Source: a virus (lineage: Duplodnaviria > Caudoviricetes). From it: a stretch of DNA of 50,207 nt. The stretch covers positions 1-50,207 of the IMG/VR virus record IMGVR_UViG_3300036817_000496; one strand, 5' to 3'. The translations under genes and the position numbers were made by a program. Positions 35,057-45,209 of this stretch are shown here, piece by piece (position 1 is the first letter of the stretch; every line of letters begins with the position of its first letter). The notes under the pieces were generated by a model that made no database searches, had not been told where the DNA came from, and worked only from the letters and a program-made list of their open reading frames with translations.

Positions 35057-35515
35057 ATGCCAGATGCAAATAAAAGCTCCCCCGAATATGCGATGCTCCC
35101 GGCGGGAACTGTTGTTATGTGGGGGCCTGCGGGCAGCGACGTAGCCACAATGAAGCCGCTGATTAACTGTAAAGCACTGGGGGCAACGGGGCAGACGGGC
35201 AGTTTTGTCGACTGCACAACGCTCATCGATACCAGCAAGCAGTTTATTTCTGACCTGCCGGAAGGCCCGGAAAAGTCGCTGGGCTTTATCGATGATCCGG
35301 CCAATCAGGATTTTGCTGACCTTCTGAACTCTGCCGAAAGTCGTGAAACCATTCAGTTTTATGTAGAGCTGCCAAACGGGCGAACGGCGAATATGATCCT
35401 GGCACTTTCCGGCTGGCAGATGAACGAAATCACCGCGCCGGCCAGTGAAGTTATCCAGATAACCGTTCAGGGTAAGCAAAACAACATCGTATGGGGAACC
35501 GCGGCTACAAGCTGA
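35057..35515 (+). CDS. Major tail (tube) protein
   Basis: VDCTTL...FISDLPEG, LPNGRT; precedes chaperones and tape measure. Confidence 0.8.
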   Translation: MPDANKSSPEYAMLPAGTVVMWGPAGSDVATMKPLINCKALGATGQTGSFVDCTTLIDTSKQFISDLPEGPEKSLGFIDDPANQDFADLLNSAESRETIQFYVELPNGRTANMILALSGWQMNEITAPASEVIQITVQGKQNNIVWGTAATS

Positions 35516-35534
35516 TCCAGCTGTGCTTTTCACA

Positions 35535-35558
35535 GGCCGCCGCGTGGCGGCTTTTTTA
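35535..35558 (+). terminator. Intrinsic terminator after tail tube gene
   Basis: GCCGCC-gcgt-GGCGGC plus T-tract. Confidence 0.7.
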
Positions 35559-35574
35559 TTGAATGGAGAATTAA

Positions 35575-35922
35575 ATGAAAGACCTGAAATCCCTGCTTCT
35601 GGCCCCTGAGCATGACGCTTACCCTGTCACCATGCTGGGTGCCGAGGTATTTATCCGTCGCCTGACGTCATTTGAGCTGGAGCAGTACGACGAAAAGCAG
35701 GAGCAACTGCGCGCCGAAAAAAATCTGCGCGGTGTCGCGCTCTCGACCGCTTCGCTGATTCTCAGCGCGCTGGTTGATGATAAAGGTGTCCCTGTCCCGG
35801 CAACCGACCTGCCTGCTCCCGATGAGCTGCTGAAGGCCCGCTCTAACGCTTCGATCATTGAAGCACTGCGGACTATTCAGCGCCACAGCTGGGGCACGCT
35901 GGAGGAAGCGAAAAAAAACTAA
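35575..35922 (+). CDS. Tail assembly chaperone (G-like)
   Basis: Ends EEAKKN over an A8 run. Confidence 0.8.
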   Translation: MKDLKSLLLAPEHDAYPVTMLGAEVFIRRLTSFELEQYDEKQEQLRAEKNLRGVALSTASLILSALVDDKGVPVPATDLPAPDELLKARSNASIIEALRTIQRHSWGTLEEAKKN

Positions 35923-36155
35923 TGGACTCCCCCTGGCTGATGGACATTTTCAGCCTTGCCGATCGTCTGGGGGAGTCTGACCCGCGCAAAATTGCCAGCC
36001 TGCCGGCTAACATTCTTCTTCACTGGAAAGCATTTTACTCCCTGACTGGTAACACGGTTGAAAGAGGTGCGCCAGTTGTGCCGGTAACTGCTCCAGCCGC
36101 CAGTAATGACCCGTCCAGGCAGTGCGCTGACGTTATGAGGATCTTAGGACAATGA
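35911..36155 (+). CDS. Tail assembly chaperone extension (T-like), probably via -1 frameshift
   Basis: Slippery AAAAAAAAC at 35911-35919; -1 frame open to the tape measure start. Confidence 0.7.
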
Positions 36156-39100
36156 GTGATGTTGCAAGCCTGTCGGTCGCCCTGCACCTTAACTCTGCGG
36201 CGTTCAAGTCGCAGATCACCGACGCATATCAGAAAGCGGGGCAGGCCAGCACAAAATTCAATAGTCAGGCGACCACTCAGGCTAACGAGCTGGCTAATGC
36301 CATTTCGAAAACGGTTACCGCGGCAAAAGGTATCGGGTTCCCTGCTGCAAATGCCGATCAGTTCTCTGGGGCTACTCGCGGTGCCGGGCAGCTCAACTTT
36401 GTGCTTCATGAGGTGGCCGCCGGGAGCAATGTTGCCAGCAGCAGCATAATTAACGCGCTGATCCCCGCTGTACACTCGCTGAAATCACAGCTTGATGGCA
36501 GCGCGGGTGGCTGGAAAACGCAACAGGAGGCCGCCCGATCCGCCGCCGCTGAGCTTGCTAAGGCGGCTGAAAACCAGATAGCTATGGCGCAGGCGGAAAA
36601 GCAGGCCGCAATTAACAAAGTCACGATTGCTGAAAAAACGGTTGCCGCCGCTAAAGCCCAGCGGGACCAGGCGATCGCGCTGGATGAGTATTACGCGAAA
36701 CAGGAAGCGGTTAATAAACAGTTTGGCCTGAATGTCAGCTATCAGGATGAACATCTCAAGAATGAGCGCGCCATTCTGGAAGCTAACAGGCTTGAGGCCG
36801 GGGCGCTGGACAAGCTCAAAACAGCTAAAGCAGCCGTGATTTCTGCGGAGCTGGCTGAGACTGGCGGGAAGGCGGCACTCACCGCGTCAACAGAAGCGGC
36901 CGCTTTAGCTAACACGCAGCTCTCCGTCAGTCAGCGTATAGCGGCAACCAGCAGCCGGGCACTCAGCTCTGCGATGAGCTTGCTGGGCGGGCCCGTTGGC
37001 ATTGGTCTGACCGCCGTGGCCGCTGCCGGTGCGTTTGTCTACAGCGAGTTTAAAAAAGCGGAAGAACAGACAAAAAAGCTTAACGCCGCTGTCCTCGATT
37101 TGAGCACGTCGGCGCTGGTGTCGGCTGACGATCTAAAGCGGTTGAATGGTGAGCTTGGTAATACCGAAAATTCCGTAGATGCGGTAACCACGACGGCTAA
37201 AGCCGGATTTGGTGGCAAGCTATTGACGGATGTTGCCACGCTGGCAAACGCATACGCGCAGGCGGGCGGCAGTGCCCAGGAGTTGGTAAACAATCTTTCC
37301 GGGTTGCGTGGCGATCCGGTTGCTGCTATGTCAAAACTGACCGCTTCAGGCGTGGTGTTGAAAGACTCATTCATTCAGCAGGTGATGGCGCTTAATGAGC
37401 AGGGCCGCGCCGCTCAGGCCAGCCAGATGATTATTGAGGCGGCCATGGCAGCCGAAAAAGCCCGGCTTTCTGAGCTGGGCATAGAGGTCGATAAAACATC
37501 TGAGACAGTCAGAAATCTGGGGCAAACATGGGGCACAGCAGGCGAGCAGGCAGTGATCGCTCTCGGGGGCGCGATTGATAAGACCCAGGAGACGAATAAA
37601 AAGCTCGGACTGATGGCACGCCAGTTATCGCGTGATATTACAGCTGCAAGCGCTGCGGAACAGAATGAGCGGATAAAAAATTCAGTTGGCCTTAAAAGCT
37701 ACATGGATGCAGGTACCACCGCTGCCGAAAAGCGAGCGGCGGCGATTAAAAAACTTAACAGCAGTATCTATTCGTCGGATTCAGAGGACTATAAGCGCAT
37801 CCTGAAAGGGATTAACGACGAGTACGATAAAGCTGTTAAGAAGGATGCTCCTAAAAAACAGTCATCAGCAGGTGTAAGCGAGGGACAGCGGGCGCTGATG
37901 CAGGCCCAGCAGCAAAACGCAGTCCTGCGTGAGCAGGCACAGACGACGGATAAAATGACCGGGTCTGCGCGGCAACTGGCAGCCTTCAACGAGCAAATAT
38001 CCAGCCTTAAGGGCCAACACCTGACCGCGGACCAGAAAAGCCTGGTCAATATGCAGGACCAGATCCGGGCGCAGCTTCAGGCGAACGCTGCCCTGGAGAA
38101 AGAGGCTCAGCTTCGCGTCACGGTCCAGAAGTATCAGCAGGAGAGCATTAAGTGGGCTGAAGAGGCCGATGCGATGCAGCGAGAGGCAAACCTCAATCTG
38201 GGCAGGTATGGAATGTCAGATCGCGAGGCTGCTGATGCTGCTGCGAAGGACGCTATTAATAACCGCTTTAATCAAAGACGTATAGCGCTGGAGAAAGATT
38301 TTACCGATCATACTTCTGCTGAATATCAGGCCCGGCTATCCGACCTGGAGAAAGCAAAACAGCGCGAGTTGCTGATTACCGAGCAGACCAGCCAGCAGAA
38401 ACTGGTTGCTGAGCAGGATTTCAGCGCGGGATTGCGTAAAGGAACTATGGACTGGATCGATGCGTCGTCGAATTACGCAACTCAGAGCGCAGATCTGGTA
38501 AGTAACACCATGAGCGGGTTTGTAGATAACCTGTCTGGCGCGCTGAGTAATAACAAGGCTAGTTGGCTAGACTGGTCTAATACGGTGCTGCAATCCCTCC
38601 AAAAAATATTAATCAACGCTATGTTGGTTAACAGCATTAAATCGATGGGAGGCGGTGGGATGTTTGATGCCTTCCTTGGTGGTGCTGGTGGTGGAGAAGG
38701 AGCCAGTGGCAGTGGCACATTTGGCGCTGGTGCCTGGAATTCTGCTGCTTCTAATGTAGATTTTAATGCCAGGAATGCTAAAGGGGGCGTGTATTCATCT
38801 CCTTCTTTAAGCGCATACAGCAATAGCATTGTTAACAGTCCAACAATGTTCGCTTTCGCTAAAGGCGCTGGGTTGATGGGCGAAGCCGGACCTGAAGCCA
38901 TAATGCCGCTAACCCGAGCCAATAACGGATCGCTGGGCGTTCGAATGGTTGGTGGGGAGGGAAAAGAGAGTGCTGGTGTTTCGGAGGGGAGCGGCGCCGT
39001 TATTAATATTACTCAGCATATCACCGTGTCCGGCAGTGGCGATGCCGCACTAAACCAGGCCATGCAACAGGCAGCTAGGCAGGGGGCGCAAGACGGAGCG

Positions 39101-39172
39101 AAGCAGGCCCGGCAGGAAATGCTTCAGGACTTTCAGACGCGAGGGCAAGGCCGCCGGATACTTGGGGTTTAA
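36152..39172 (+). CDS. Tail tape measure protein
   Basis: 1006 aa Ala-rich helical; LLGGPVG; C-terminal NAKGGVY...GLMGEAGPEAIMPL. Confidence 0.92.
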   Translation: MSDVASLSVALHLNSAAFKSQITDAYQKAGQASTKFNSQATTQANELANAISKTVTAAKGIGFPAANADQFSGATRGAGQLNFVLHEVAAGSNVASSSIINALIPAVHSLKSQLDGSAGGWKTQQEAARSAAAELAKAAENQIAMAQAEKQAAINKVTIAEKTVAAAKAQRDQAIALDEYYAKQEAVNKQFGLNVSYQDEHLKNERAILEANRLEAGALDKLKTAKAAVISAELAETGGKAALTASTEAAALANTQLSVSQRIAATSSRALSSAMSLLGGPVGIGLTAVAAAGAFVYSEFKKAEEQTKKLNAAVLDLSTSALVSADDLKRLNGELGNTENSVDAVTTTAKAGFGGKLLTDVATLANAYAQAGGSAQELVNNLSGLRGDPVAAMSKLTASGVVLKDSFIQQVMALNEQGRAAQASQMIIEAAMAAEKARLSELGIEVDKTSETVRNLGQTWGTAGEQAVIALGGAIDKTQETNKKLGLMARQLSRDITAASAAEQNERIKNSVGLKSYMDAGTTAAEKRAAAIKKLNSSIYSSDSEDYKRILKGINDEYDKAVKKDAPKKQSSAGVSEGQRALMQAQQQNAVLREQAQTTDKMTGSARQLAAFNEQISSLKGQHLTADQKSLVNMQDQIRAQLQANAALEKEAQLRVTVQKYQQESIKWAEEADAMQREANLNLGRYGMSDREAADAAAKDAINNRFNQRRIALEKDFTDHTSAEYQARLSDLEKAKQRELLITEQTSQQKLVAEQDFSAGLRKGTMDWIDASSNYATQSADLVSNTMSGFVDNLSGALSNNKASWLDWSNTVLQSLQKILINAMLVNSIKSMGGGGMFDAFLGGAGGGEGASGSGTFGAGAWNSAASNVDFNARNAKGGVYSSPSLSAYSNSIVNSPTMFAFAKGAGLMGEAGPEAIMPLTRANNGSLGVRMVGGEGKESAGVSEGSGAVINITQHITVSGSGDAALNQAMQQAARQGAQDGAKQARQEMLQDFQTRGQGRRILGV

Positions 39173-39258
39173 TTTAAATAACCCACCACAACTAACAATT
39201 TTGTTGGCAATTATCTTCCTGCTAATCTATAGGGACAATAAACAAAGGGAGTATTGAA

Positions 39259-39723
39259 ATGGGGTTCTCTAATCAGACGACACAGCAGCAATTTCCTTTT
39301 AGTGCCGAAGAGGTTTTCTCTGCACTGGATGAAGCGGTTAAGCAGTCAGATATGACAATACAGGAAAGCGATAGCATTTTAAAAAGGGCAACTATCAGTG
39401 CCGGAGTCTCGTTGCTATCTTGGGGCGAGACGGTGTCTATATCAGTACATAATCAGAGTGAGGACTCATGTGTCGTTGTGCTTGACTCATCGTTGAAGTT
39501 TAGTGCAAACCTTGCAGGCTCCCACAAGCATCAAAAGAATTTTGATAAAATACTATACTCCTTGAGCAGAATATTGAATAAAGAAAAAAACACGCCTGCT
39601 GATGAACCTATTGTGCTCGATGAACAAAAAGAGAAAACCACAGGCATAGATCCAAATCATGCATTAATAGGCGCAGCTATTATATTCGTAATAATAACGA
39701 TGCTGATTATAGGAGCAAGTTAA
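39259..39723 (+). CDS. Moron-like protein with C-terminal membrane anchor
   Basis: AT-rich insert in tail operon, own GGGAG RBS, C-terminal hydrophobic helix, downstream terminator. Confidence 0.7.
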   Translation: MGFSNQTTQQQFPFSAEEVFSALDEAVKQSDMTIQESDSILKRATISAGVSLLSWGETVSISVHNQSEDSCVVVLDSSLKFSANLAGSHKHQKNFDKILYSLSRILNKEKNTPADEPIVLDEQKEKTTGIDPNHALIGAAIIFVIITMLIIGAS

Positions 39724-39837
39724 CGATTTCAATCCAGTGAGATAACAATGGTTGTTCCGCTATAACATCAATGGATTTGAGGCGCTGCGCTACTTAGTTC
39801 ATGGTTCTCATGTAGCTTAACCATAAGTACATACACC

Positions 39838-39862
39838 AAACCCGCTTATCTGCGGGTTTTTT
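39838..39862 (+). terminator. Intrinsic terminator
   Basis: AAACCCGC-ttatct-GCGGGTTT-TTT. Confidence 0.75.
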
Positions 39863-39890
39863 ATAACTATGATTTTGCATTGGAGTATAT

Positions 39891-40484
39891 ATGGCTGTTC
39901 TCGAGTGGCCACAAGACGTTTACCCAGCTTCGCTGCAATGGCGAGCGCAAAGCAACACTAAAACATTCCGATCCCCATTTAATGGCGCATCCCAGACAGT
40001 ACGTTTTCCCGGCACAAGATGGCTTTGCTCCCTGACTTTTTCAAATCTTACTGATGAAAAATCACGTCGAATTGATGCGCTGGTGGCTGTTCTCGATGGG
40101 GAGTATGGCCGTGTGAAAATCCGGGACTGGGGAAGAGGGGGGAGAACACCCGCGGGAACGCCGGTAGTTTCTGATCCGGACCAGACTGGCGTGCAGCTGA
40201 ATTCGAAAGGCTGGACGCCGGGCAAGGTGGTATTGCGGACCGGTGATTATCTCACCGTGAACAACGAACTTAAGATGGTCACGGCTGACGTGTCGAGTAA
40301 TGCCAGCGGTGTGGCGATTATCCCGATCGCCCCGATGTTGCGCAGCTCGCCTGCAGCCAATGCTCCGATCGAAGTCGCGGCGCCCTACGGCATTTTTAAG
40401 CTGAAGGATAACAGCCAGGGGGAGGGCAGCCGCACGCCGGGGGTACTCACCAGCTACACCATCGAGTTTGAGGAGGCTTTCTGA
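39891..40484 (+). CDS. Minor tail protein (distal tail-like)
   Basis: FRSPFNG..QT...PG.RW; position after tape measure. Confidence 0.7.
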   Translation: MAVLEWPQDVYPASLQWRAQSNTKTFRSPFNGASQTVRFPGTRWLCSLTFSNLTDEKSRRIDALVAVLDGEYGRVKIRDWGRGGRTPAGTPVVSDPDQTGVQLNSKGWTPGKVVLRTGDYLTVNNELKMVTADVSSNASGVAIIPIAPMLRSSPAANAPIEVAAPYGIFKLKDNSQGEGSRTPGVLTSYTIEFEEAF

Positions 40485-41068
40485 TGCTGTATGCACCATT
40501 TTCCGAGTCGATGATCGACTGGCTGATGCGCGACCGCGTGACCGCTGTGCTTGCCGCACAAATTCAGTTTGAATCCGGTACTGTGTACGTGCATTCCGGC
40601 ACCGGGTCGCTGGTGCTCAACGGCTATGTTTATCTCGGCCTGGGTACCATGGGTTCGGTGGACGACGTGAGCGAAAGCAACACGACCAGCCCGACGCAGC
40701 TGAAAATGACGCTTTCCGGCCTGGACCTTTCGCTGTTTTCTAAAACCCTCAACGAGCGCTGCGTGGGAAAGCCCACCGAACTTTATCTTGTGGCGCTTGA
40801 CGATGCAGGTGTGCCACAGGTTGCCGACCTGATGTTTAAGGGCAAGGTATCCAGCACCGGCGCAACGGTAGGCGAAACCAACGCGCTACAGTACACCGTC
40901 AGTAACGTTTTCGAGGACTGGCAGCGCCCGTTCCCCGACCGCAATACCGACGAGTCGCACCAGGCGTCCCAGCCCGGCGATCGCATTTTCCGTTATGTGG
41001 CCCAGATGGCCGAGCGTTCGATATTCTGGGGCAGCAAGAAAGACGCACCGCCATTTACTTATTCGTAG
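40484..41068 (+). CDS. Minor tail protein
   Basis: TGATG overlap; Y.G.G..GSV..VSE, PGDRIF.YV. Confidence 0.7.
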   Translation: MLYAPFSESMIDWLMRDRVTAVLAAQIQFESGTVYVHSGTGSLVLNGYVYLGLGTMGSVDDVSESNTTSPTQLKMTLSGLDLSLFSKTLNERCVGKPTELYLVALDDAGVPQVADLMFKGKVSSTGATVGETNALQYTVSNVFEDWQRPFPDRNTDESHQASQPGDRIFRYVAQMAERSIFWGSKKDAPPFTYS

Positions 41069-41075
41069 GGAATTT

Positions 41076-41474
41076 ATGAAACATCCGGAATGGCAGATAA
41101 GACTGATAAACGTGATTAGGGCCGCTGAAGAGCGGCCTTTTTTATGGGGCCAGCATGACTGCTGCCTGTTTGCCGCCGAGTGTGTGCAGGCAATGTGTGG
41201 TGAAGATTTTGCCGCCGTTCTGCGCGGCACTTACAGCACGGCCAACGGCGCGAAGCGCGTTCTGCTGACTAACGGCGGTTCGCTTGAAAAAGTGCTGGCG
41301 CAACATCTGGATGAAGTGCCGGTGAAACTGGCTCAGCGTGGCGATATTGCCGTTGTGTTGAGTGCCGGGAACCGCTGCGCGGGCGTGGTGTTTGGCGGCG
41401 CGGTGTTTGTGCCGGGAGATAGTGGCCTGGTCCGGATGAATGTTAAGCCGCTGAGCGTATGGAGGGTTCGCTGA
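41076..41474 (+). CDS. Tail-associated NlpC/P60-like protein
   Basis: F.WGQHDCCLFAA, AQRGDI. Confidence 0.7.
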   Translation: MKHPEWQIRLINVIRAAEERPFLWGQHDCCLFAAECVQAMCGEDFAAVLRGTYSTANGAKRVLLTNGGSLEKVLAQHLDEVPVKLAQRGDIAVVLSAGNRCAGVVFGGAVFVPGDSGLVRMNVKPLSVWRVR

Positions 41475-44146
41475 TGCCTGCCGCTATACCGATTATTGCC
41501 ACTGTGGCCGCCGGCGCTGCGGCGTCCTACCAGTATTACACTATCGCGATGGCAATTACCGTGGCTGCCCAGGTCGCTACGCAGATGATGACTAAAAAGC
41601 CCTCGCTGGATGCGTATCGCGATAACTCCGAGCGCAAACAGGTGCTGCGCGCGGCGGCCAGCGCGAAAAGCGTCGTTTACGGGCAAACAGTTTCGTCCGG
41701 TACGCTGTTTTTCTCCGAAGAGCAGGCCGGTACACAGACTGATGGCGAGCTGTTGCAACTGGCCCTGGTGCTTGCCGGACACTCGCTTTCCAGCGTCGGG
41801 CGCGTCTGGCTTGGCGACGACGAGATTGGAACTTACGGGGATTATGCGCAGTACGAAATGCATATCAACCGCCAGACTGCCGACCCGTATCTGCTCGCCA
41901 ATTCGCCTTCGTGGAAAGAAGACATGATCGGTAAGGGCATCACCTGGATGCGCCTGACTCTGAAATTTAATGCCGAGAAATTCCCGTCCGGTATTCCTAA
42001 CGTGCGTGTCGAAAAGTTTGGCCGGGAAGTGTACGACCCGCGAACCGGACTGACCGTTTATTCAAATAATGCCGCACTGTGCATCCTGGACTTTTACCGA
42101 AACTACCTGAAAGTAGCGGATGCCGATATCAACTGGGACCAGTTTCAGGAAGCGGCCAATATTTCTGACGAACTGGTCACGCGCGGGGACGGTACCACCG
42201 AGCGCCGTTACACCATTAACGGTGAGTTCGACATGAACGAGAACAAAGCCAGCGTTCTCGAAGCGATGCTGGGCGCCTGCGCCGGGGACCCGACATTTAT
42301 CGCAGGAAAGCACGGCATTATGGTCGGAGCATATTACGGCCCGGCCAGCGAAGTGATCACTGAAAGCCAGCTTGCCGGCGATATCGAAATTATGCCGGAG
42401 GTTTCTCAGTCTGAACGCGTGAACACCATCAAGGGCACGTTCGTCGATCCGCTACAGAACTACACGGAAACGGACTTCCCCGCGGTGTCAGTCAGTGAAT
42501 GGGTGACCGAGGACGGCGTGGAAATCTCGCAGGATATGAAGCAGCGCTTTGTGACCTCAGAGTTTCAGGCCCAGCGGCTGGCGGATGTGAAGCTCAAACG
42601 CACCCGCATCGCGCGCACCATGAACGTCACCCTCAACCTGAGCGGTTATCGCTACCGCCCGGGCATGTACGTCAAAGTGAATTTCCCGTCGCTGGGCATC
42701 GTTAACGTTGAGATGCGCGTGACTGACTGGAAATTTGGCATGCAGAACGGCGTTCAGCTGACGCTCAAGCAGGAAACTGCGGACGTGTGGGGCGACGCCA
42801 TCGGCAAACCCATCGAGCGTCCACCGTTCACGCAACTACCGCCGGGCGGCGTGGCGCAGCCGCAGAACCTGCGCTATACGGTTGAGGAAATCGGGCAGGT
42901 GGTGCAGGGCGTGCTGTCCTGGCAGAACGTGGGGCCTTTTGCCTACAACAAAGTCCTCATCCGCAAAGGCGGGGAAATGGTGCTGTCTGTGCAGGTGCCG
43001 GGCTCATTTACCCGCCTGACCGGGCTGCTGCGCGACAGTTATACGGCCCATGTGATTGCAGTGAACCAGATGGGTGCGGAGTCGCCGGAAGCCTACCTTG
43101 AATTCAATATCGAGGCCCCGCCGTCGCCGAACAAGGTGGATGTGGAGCAGGGTTACTTTGCCGTCACGCTGATCCCTCGCCTGGCAGAACTGACGAACGT
43201 GTCAACCCAGTTTGATTTCTGGACTTCTGGCGAGACGAAACTACCTGGCACAGATACGGCAACGGTGGAAGCCAACGCCAGCCGGGAGGGCATGGGAACG
43301 ACCTGGACCAGTAACGATCTACAGATTGACCATACCTATTACTGGTACATCCGTACCATCAATGCCTTTGGTTCATCTGCTTTCGTTGAAGTGGCCGCGT
43401 TATGCACGATGGATACGGGCTCGCTGCTGGATTATATCGACGATCAGATCCAGGGATCGGAAGCATTCGATAATCTCAATAAGGGTATCGACATCAACAC
43501 CGACGCCATTATTGAAAATGCTATTGCCAACGATGCCGACGTTCAGCGCCGCCGCAAGCAGGATGGTCTGGTGTCGGCGGAAATCCTGCGCATTGATACG
43601 CTGATTATCACGAATGATTCGGCCTATGCGGAAGAGTTCAACCAGCTAACAGCTAAAGCCAATCAGAACAGCGCTGCTGTGCAACAGGTATCAAGCGCTT
43701 ACGCCGATTTGAATGGCAAACTGTCTGCACAGTGGGGCGCAAAAGTCCAGGTCGACAGTAACGGCAAAAGTTACGTGGCGGGCATGCAACTGGGCGTTGA
43801 AGGTAACGGCGGGGCCGTGCAAAGTTACTTCCTTGTCAGCGCAGACACTATGGGCTTCTACAACCCCGGAAATGGGTCCATGAAGCTTGCGATGGCAATC
43901 AAAAACGGGCAGGTGTTCCTCAACGAGGCCCTGATTGATTACGCTTCGATAACGCTGGCGAAAATTGGCAGCTGGTACTCGGCTAACTATGTGGCGGGCA
44001 AAAGCGGGACCTATATGGATAAAGATGGCAATTTTGAAATTAATGGCGCAGGTCCGGGCGGTGGGCGACTGGTGATAAATGGTCCCCGGATAATGGCGCT
44101 TGATGCTAACGGAGTTGAGCAGGCCAGATTCGGGTATCTGAAATGA
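41474..44146 (+). CDS. Tail tip / host specificity protein (J-like)
   Basis: VVYG, VYDPR, YSNNAALCILD, FN3-like YYWYIRTIN, C-terminal YVAGMQLG...FLVSAD...NGQVF. Confidence 0.85.
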   Translation: MPAAIPIIATVAAGAAASYQYYTIAMAITVAAQVATQMMTKKPSLDAYRDNSERKQVLRAAASAKSVVYGQTVSSGTLFFSEEQAGTQTDGELLQLALVLAGHSLSSVGRVWLGDDEIGTYGDYAQYEMHINRQTADPYLLANSPSWKEDMIGKGITWMRLTLKFNAEKFPSGIPNVRVEKFGREVYDPRTGLTVYSNNAALCILDFYRNYLKVADADINWDQFQEAANISDELVTRGDGTTERRYTINGEFDMNENKASVLEAMLGACAGDPTFIAGKHGIMVGAYYGPASEVITESQLAGDIEIMPEVSQSERVNTIKGTFVDPLQNYTETDFPAVSVSEWVTEDGVEISQDMKQRFVTSEFQAQRLADVKLKRTRIARTMNVTLNLSGYRYRPGMYVKVNFPSLGIVNVEMRVTDWKFGMQNGVQLTLKQETADVWGDAIGKPIERPPFTQLPPGGVAQPQNLRYTVEEIGQVVQGVLSWQNVGPFAYNKVLIRKGGEMVLSVQVPGSFTRLTGLLRDSYTAHVIAVNQMGAESPEAYLEFNIEAPPSPNKVDVEQGYFAVTLIPRLAELTNVSTQFDFWTSGETKLPGTDTATVEANASREGMGTTWTSNDLQIDHTYYWYIRTINAFGSSAFVEVAALCTMDTGSLLDYIDDQIQGSEAFDNLNKGIDINTDAIIENAIANDADVQRRRKQDGLVSAEILRIDTLIITNDSAYAEEFNQLTAKANQNSAAVQQVSSAYADLNGKLSAQWGAKVQVDSNGKSYVAGMQLGVEGNGGAVQSYFLVSADTMGFYNPGNGSMKLAMAIKNGQVFLNEALIDYASITLAKIGSWYSANYVAGKSGTYMDKDGNFEINGAGPGGGRLVINGPRIMALDANGVEQARFGYLK

Positions 44147-45150
44147 GCGGAGACTGGGGGTTAAGCGTTAGGGGAAAAACGAACGTGGCAGATGCCTCTC
44201 CACTACAGTTCCTGAGAAAAATTCCGCTCAGCGAACTGAATTTACAGAGTGGGCAGTCTACGAACTACGATTTTACCGGGAAGGTGCCGGCGGGAACCAG
44301 GCTGGTGGCCTTCATGGACGTGGCCGCCGAGGTGCTGTCATCTTCGATAAGTCTGACCTACAACGTGGCGCCTATAAACATCACTGTATCCGGGCTTGTG
44401 ATTAACGTATCCATTCCTCAATGGGGGGCCGGTGGGTGGATTTTCGAGAATCAGTATAAACCAACGGGAATGTGGGTTTTTGCTATCTACGGGCAGCCCA
44501 GTAGGAGTGACTGGGGGGCATGGGTTAATCAGGGTGGTGCGTTCCCTGCGGTTGTGGACAGCACGGCAGGCATGTTCATGACGCAAAAAATGAGCATAAC
44601 GTTTACGGGCTCTTATGCGATTAGCTGCTCATCCAATGCACTGGTGTTCTGCTCCTGCCCGGATGCATCGATTGGTCTGGTTTTTGACCGGAACGATAAT
44701 ACTCTTAAGGGCTACCGCGAATCGGGAAAAACGTGGGGAAACCCGGGAGGGTTCAGTGTTGCGACGAATATCTGTGTCTTTGATATCAAAACTCCTACGG
44801 TACCGGACTGGGGGTTTTGGGTAAAAGGGGCAGACGGCAAGATAGCCTTCACCTCAGCTGAAACGCCGTTGATTGTCCGCGAGTGGGTCAACATTCCGAA
44901 TTATGTCGGCGCGATAAACAGCTTCAGCAGTCCTGCAAACAGTCCGATGATCCAGGCCATAACTGTGGGCATCAAAAACACAAATCAGTCTGATATATGG
45001 AAGTGCAACATTTCAACAAATGGCGCAGGAATTGGCCTAGGCCCTGGTGCGCAAATGGTGCATATAGGCTCAAACATAATTCCGAACATGGAAGTGATAG
45101 CCATGGCGGGTAAAAGCGTCCCTGTCATCTGGGGTTCGGACTACTTCTGA
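44143..45150 (+). CDS. Tail tip accessory protein (beta-rich)
   Basis: ATGA overlap with J-like gene; three DWG-led segments. Confidence 0.65.
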   Translation: MSGDWGLSVRGKTNVADASPLQFLRKIPLSELNLQSGQSTNYDFTGKVPAGTRLVAFMDVAAEVLSSSISLTYNVAPINITVSGLVINVSIPQWGAGGWIFENQYKPTGMWVFAIYGQPSRSDWGAWVNQGGAFPAVVDSTAGMFMTQKMSITFTGSYAISCSSNALVFCSCPDASIGLVFDRNDNTLKGYRESGKTWGNPGGFSVATNICVFDIKTPTVPDWGFWVKGADGKIAFTSAETPLIVREWVNIPNYVGAINSFSSPANSPMIQAITVGIKNTNQSDIWKCNISTNGAGIGLGPGAQMVHIGSNIIPNMEVIAMAGKSVPVIWGSDYF

Positions 45151-45209
45151 TAAATATTTAAATCTTACAGGCCCGCGTTAAGCGGGCTTTGTCATTTCTG
45201 GAGTCAACT

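Noticed and set aside
26876-35533. Long antisense ORFs in the track (for example 26876-27808, 26926-27639, 34514-35533)
   Set aside because: Shadow frames opposite well-supported structural genes, without RBS or recognisable motifs.
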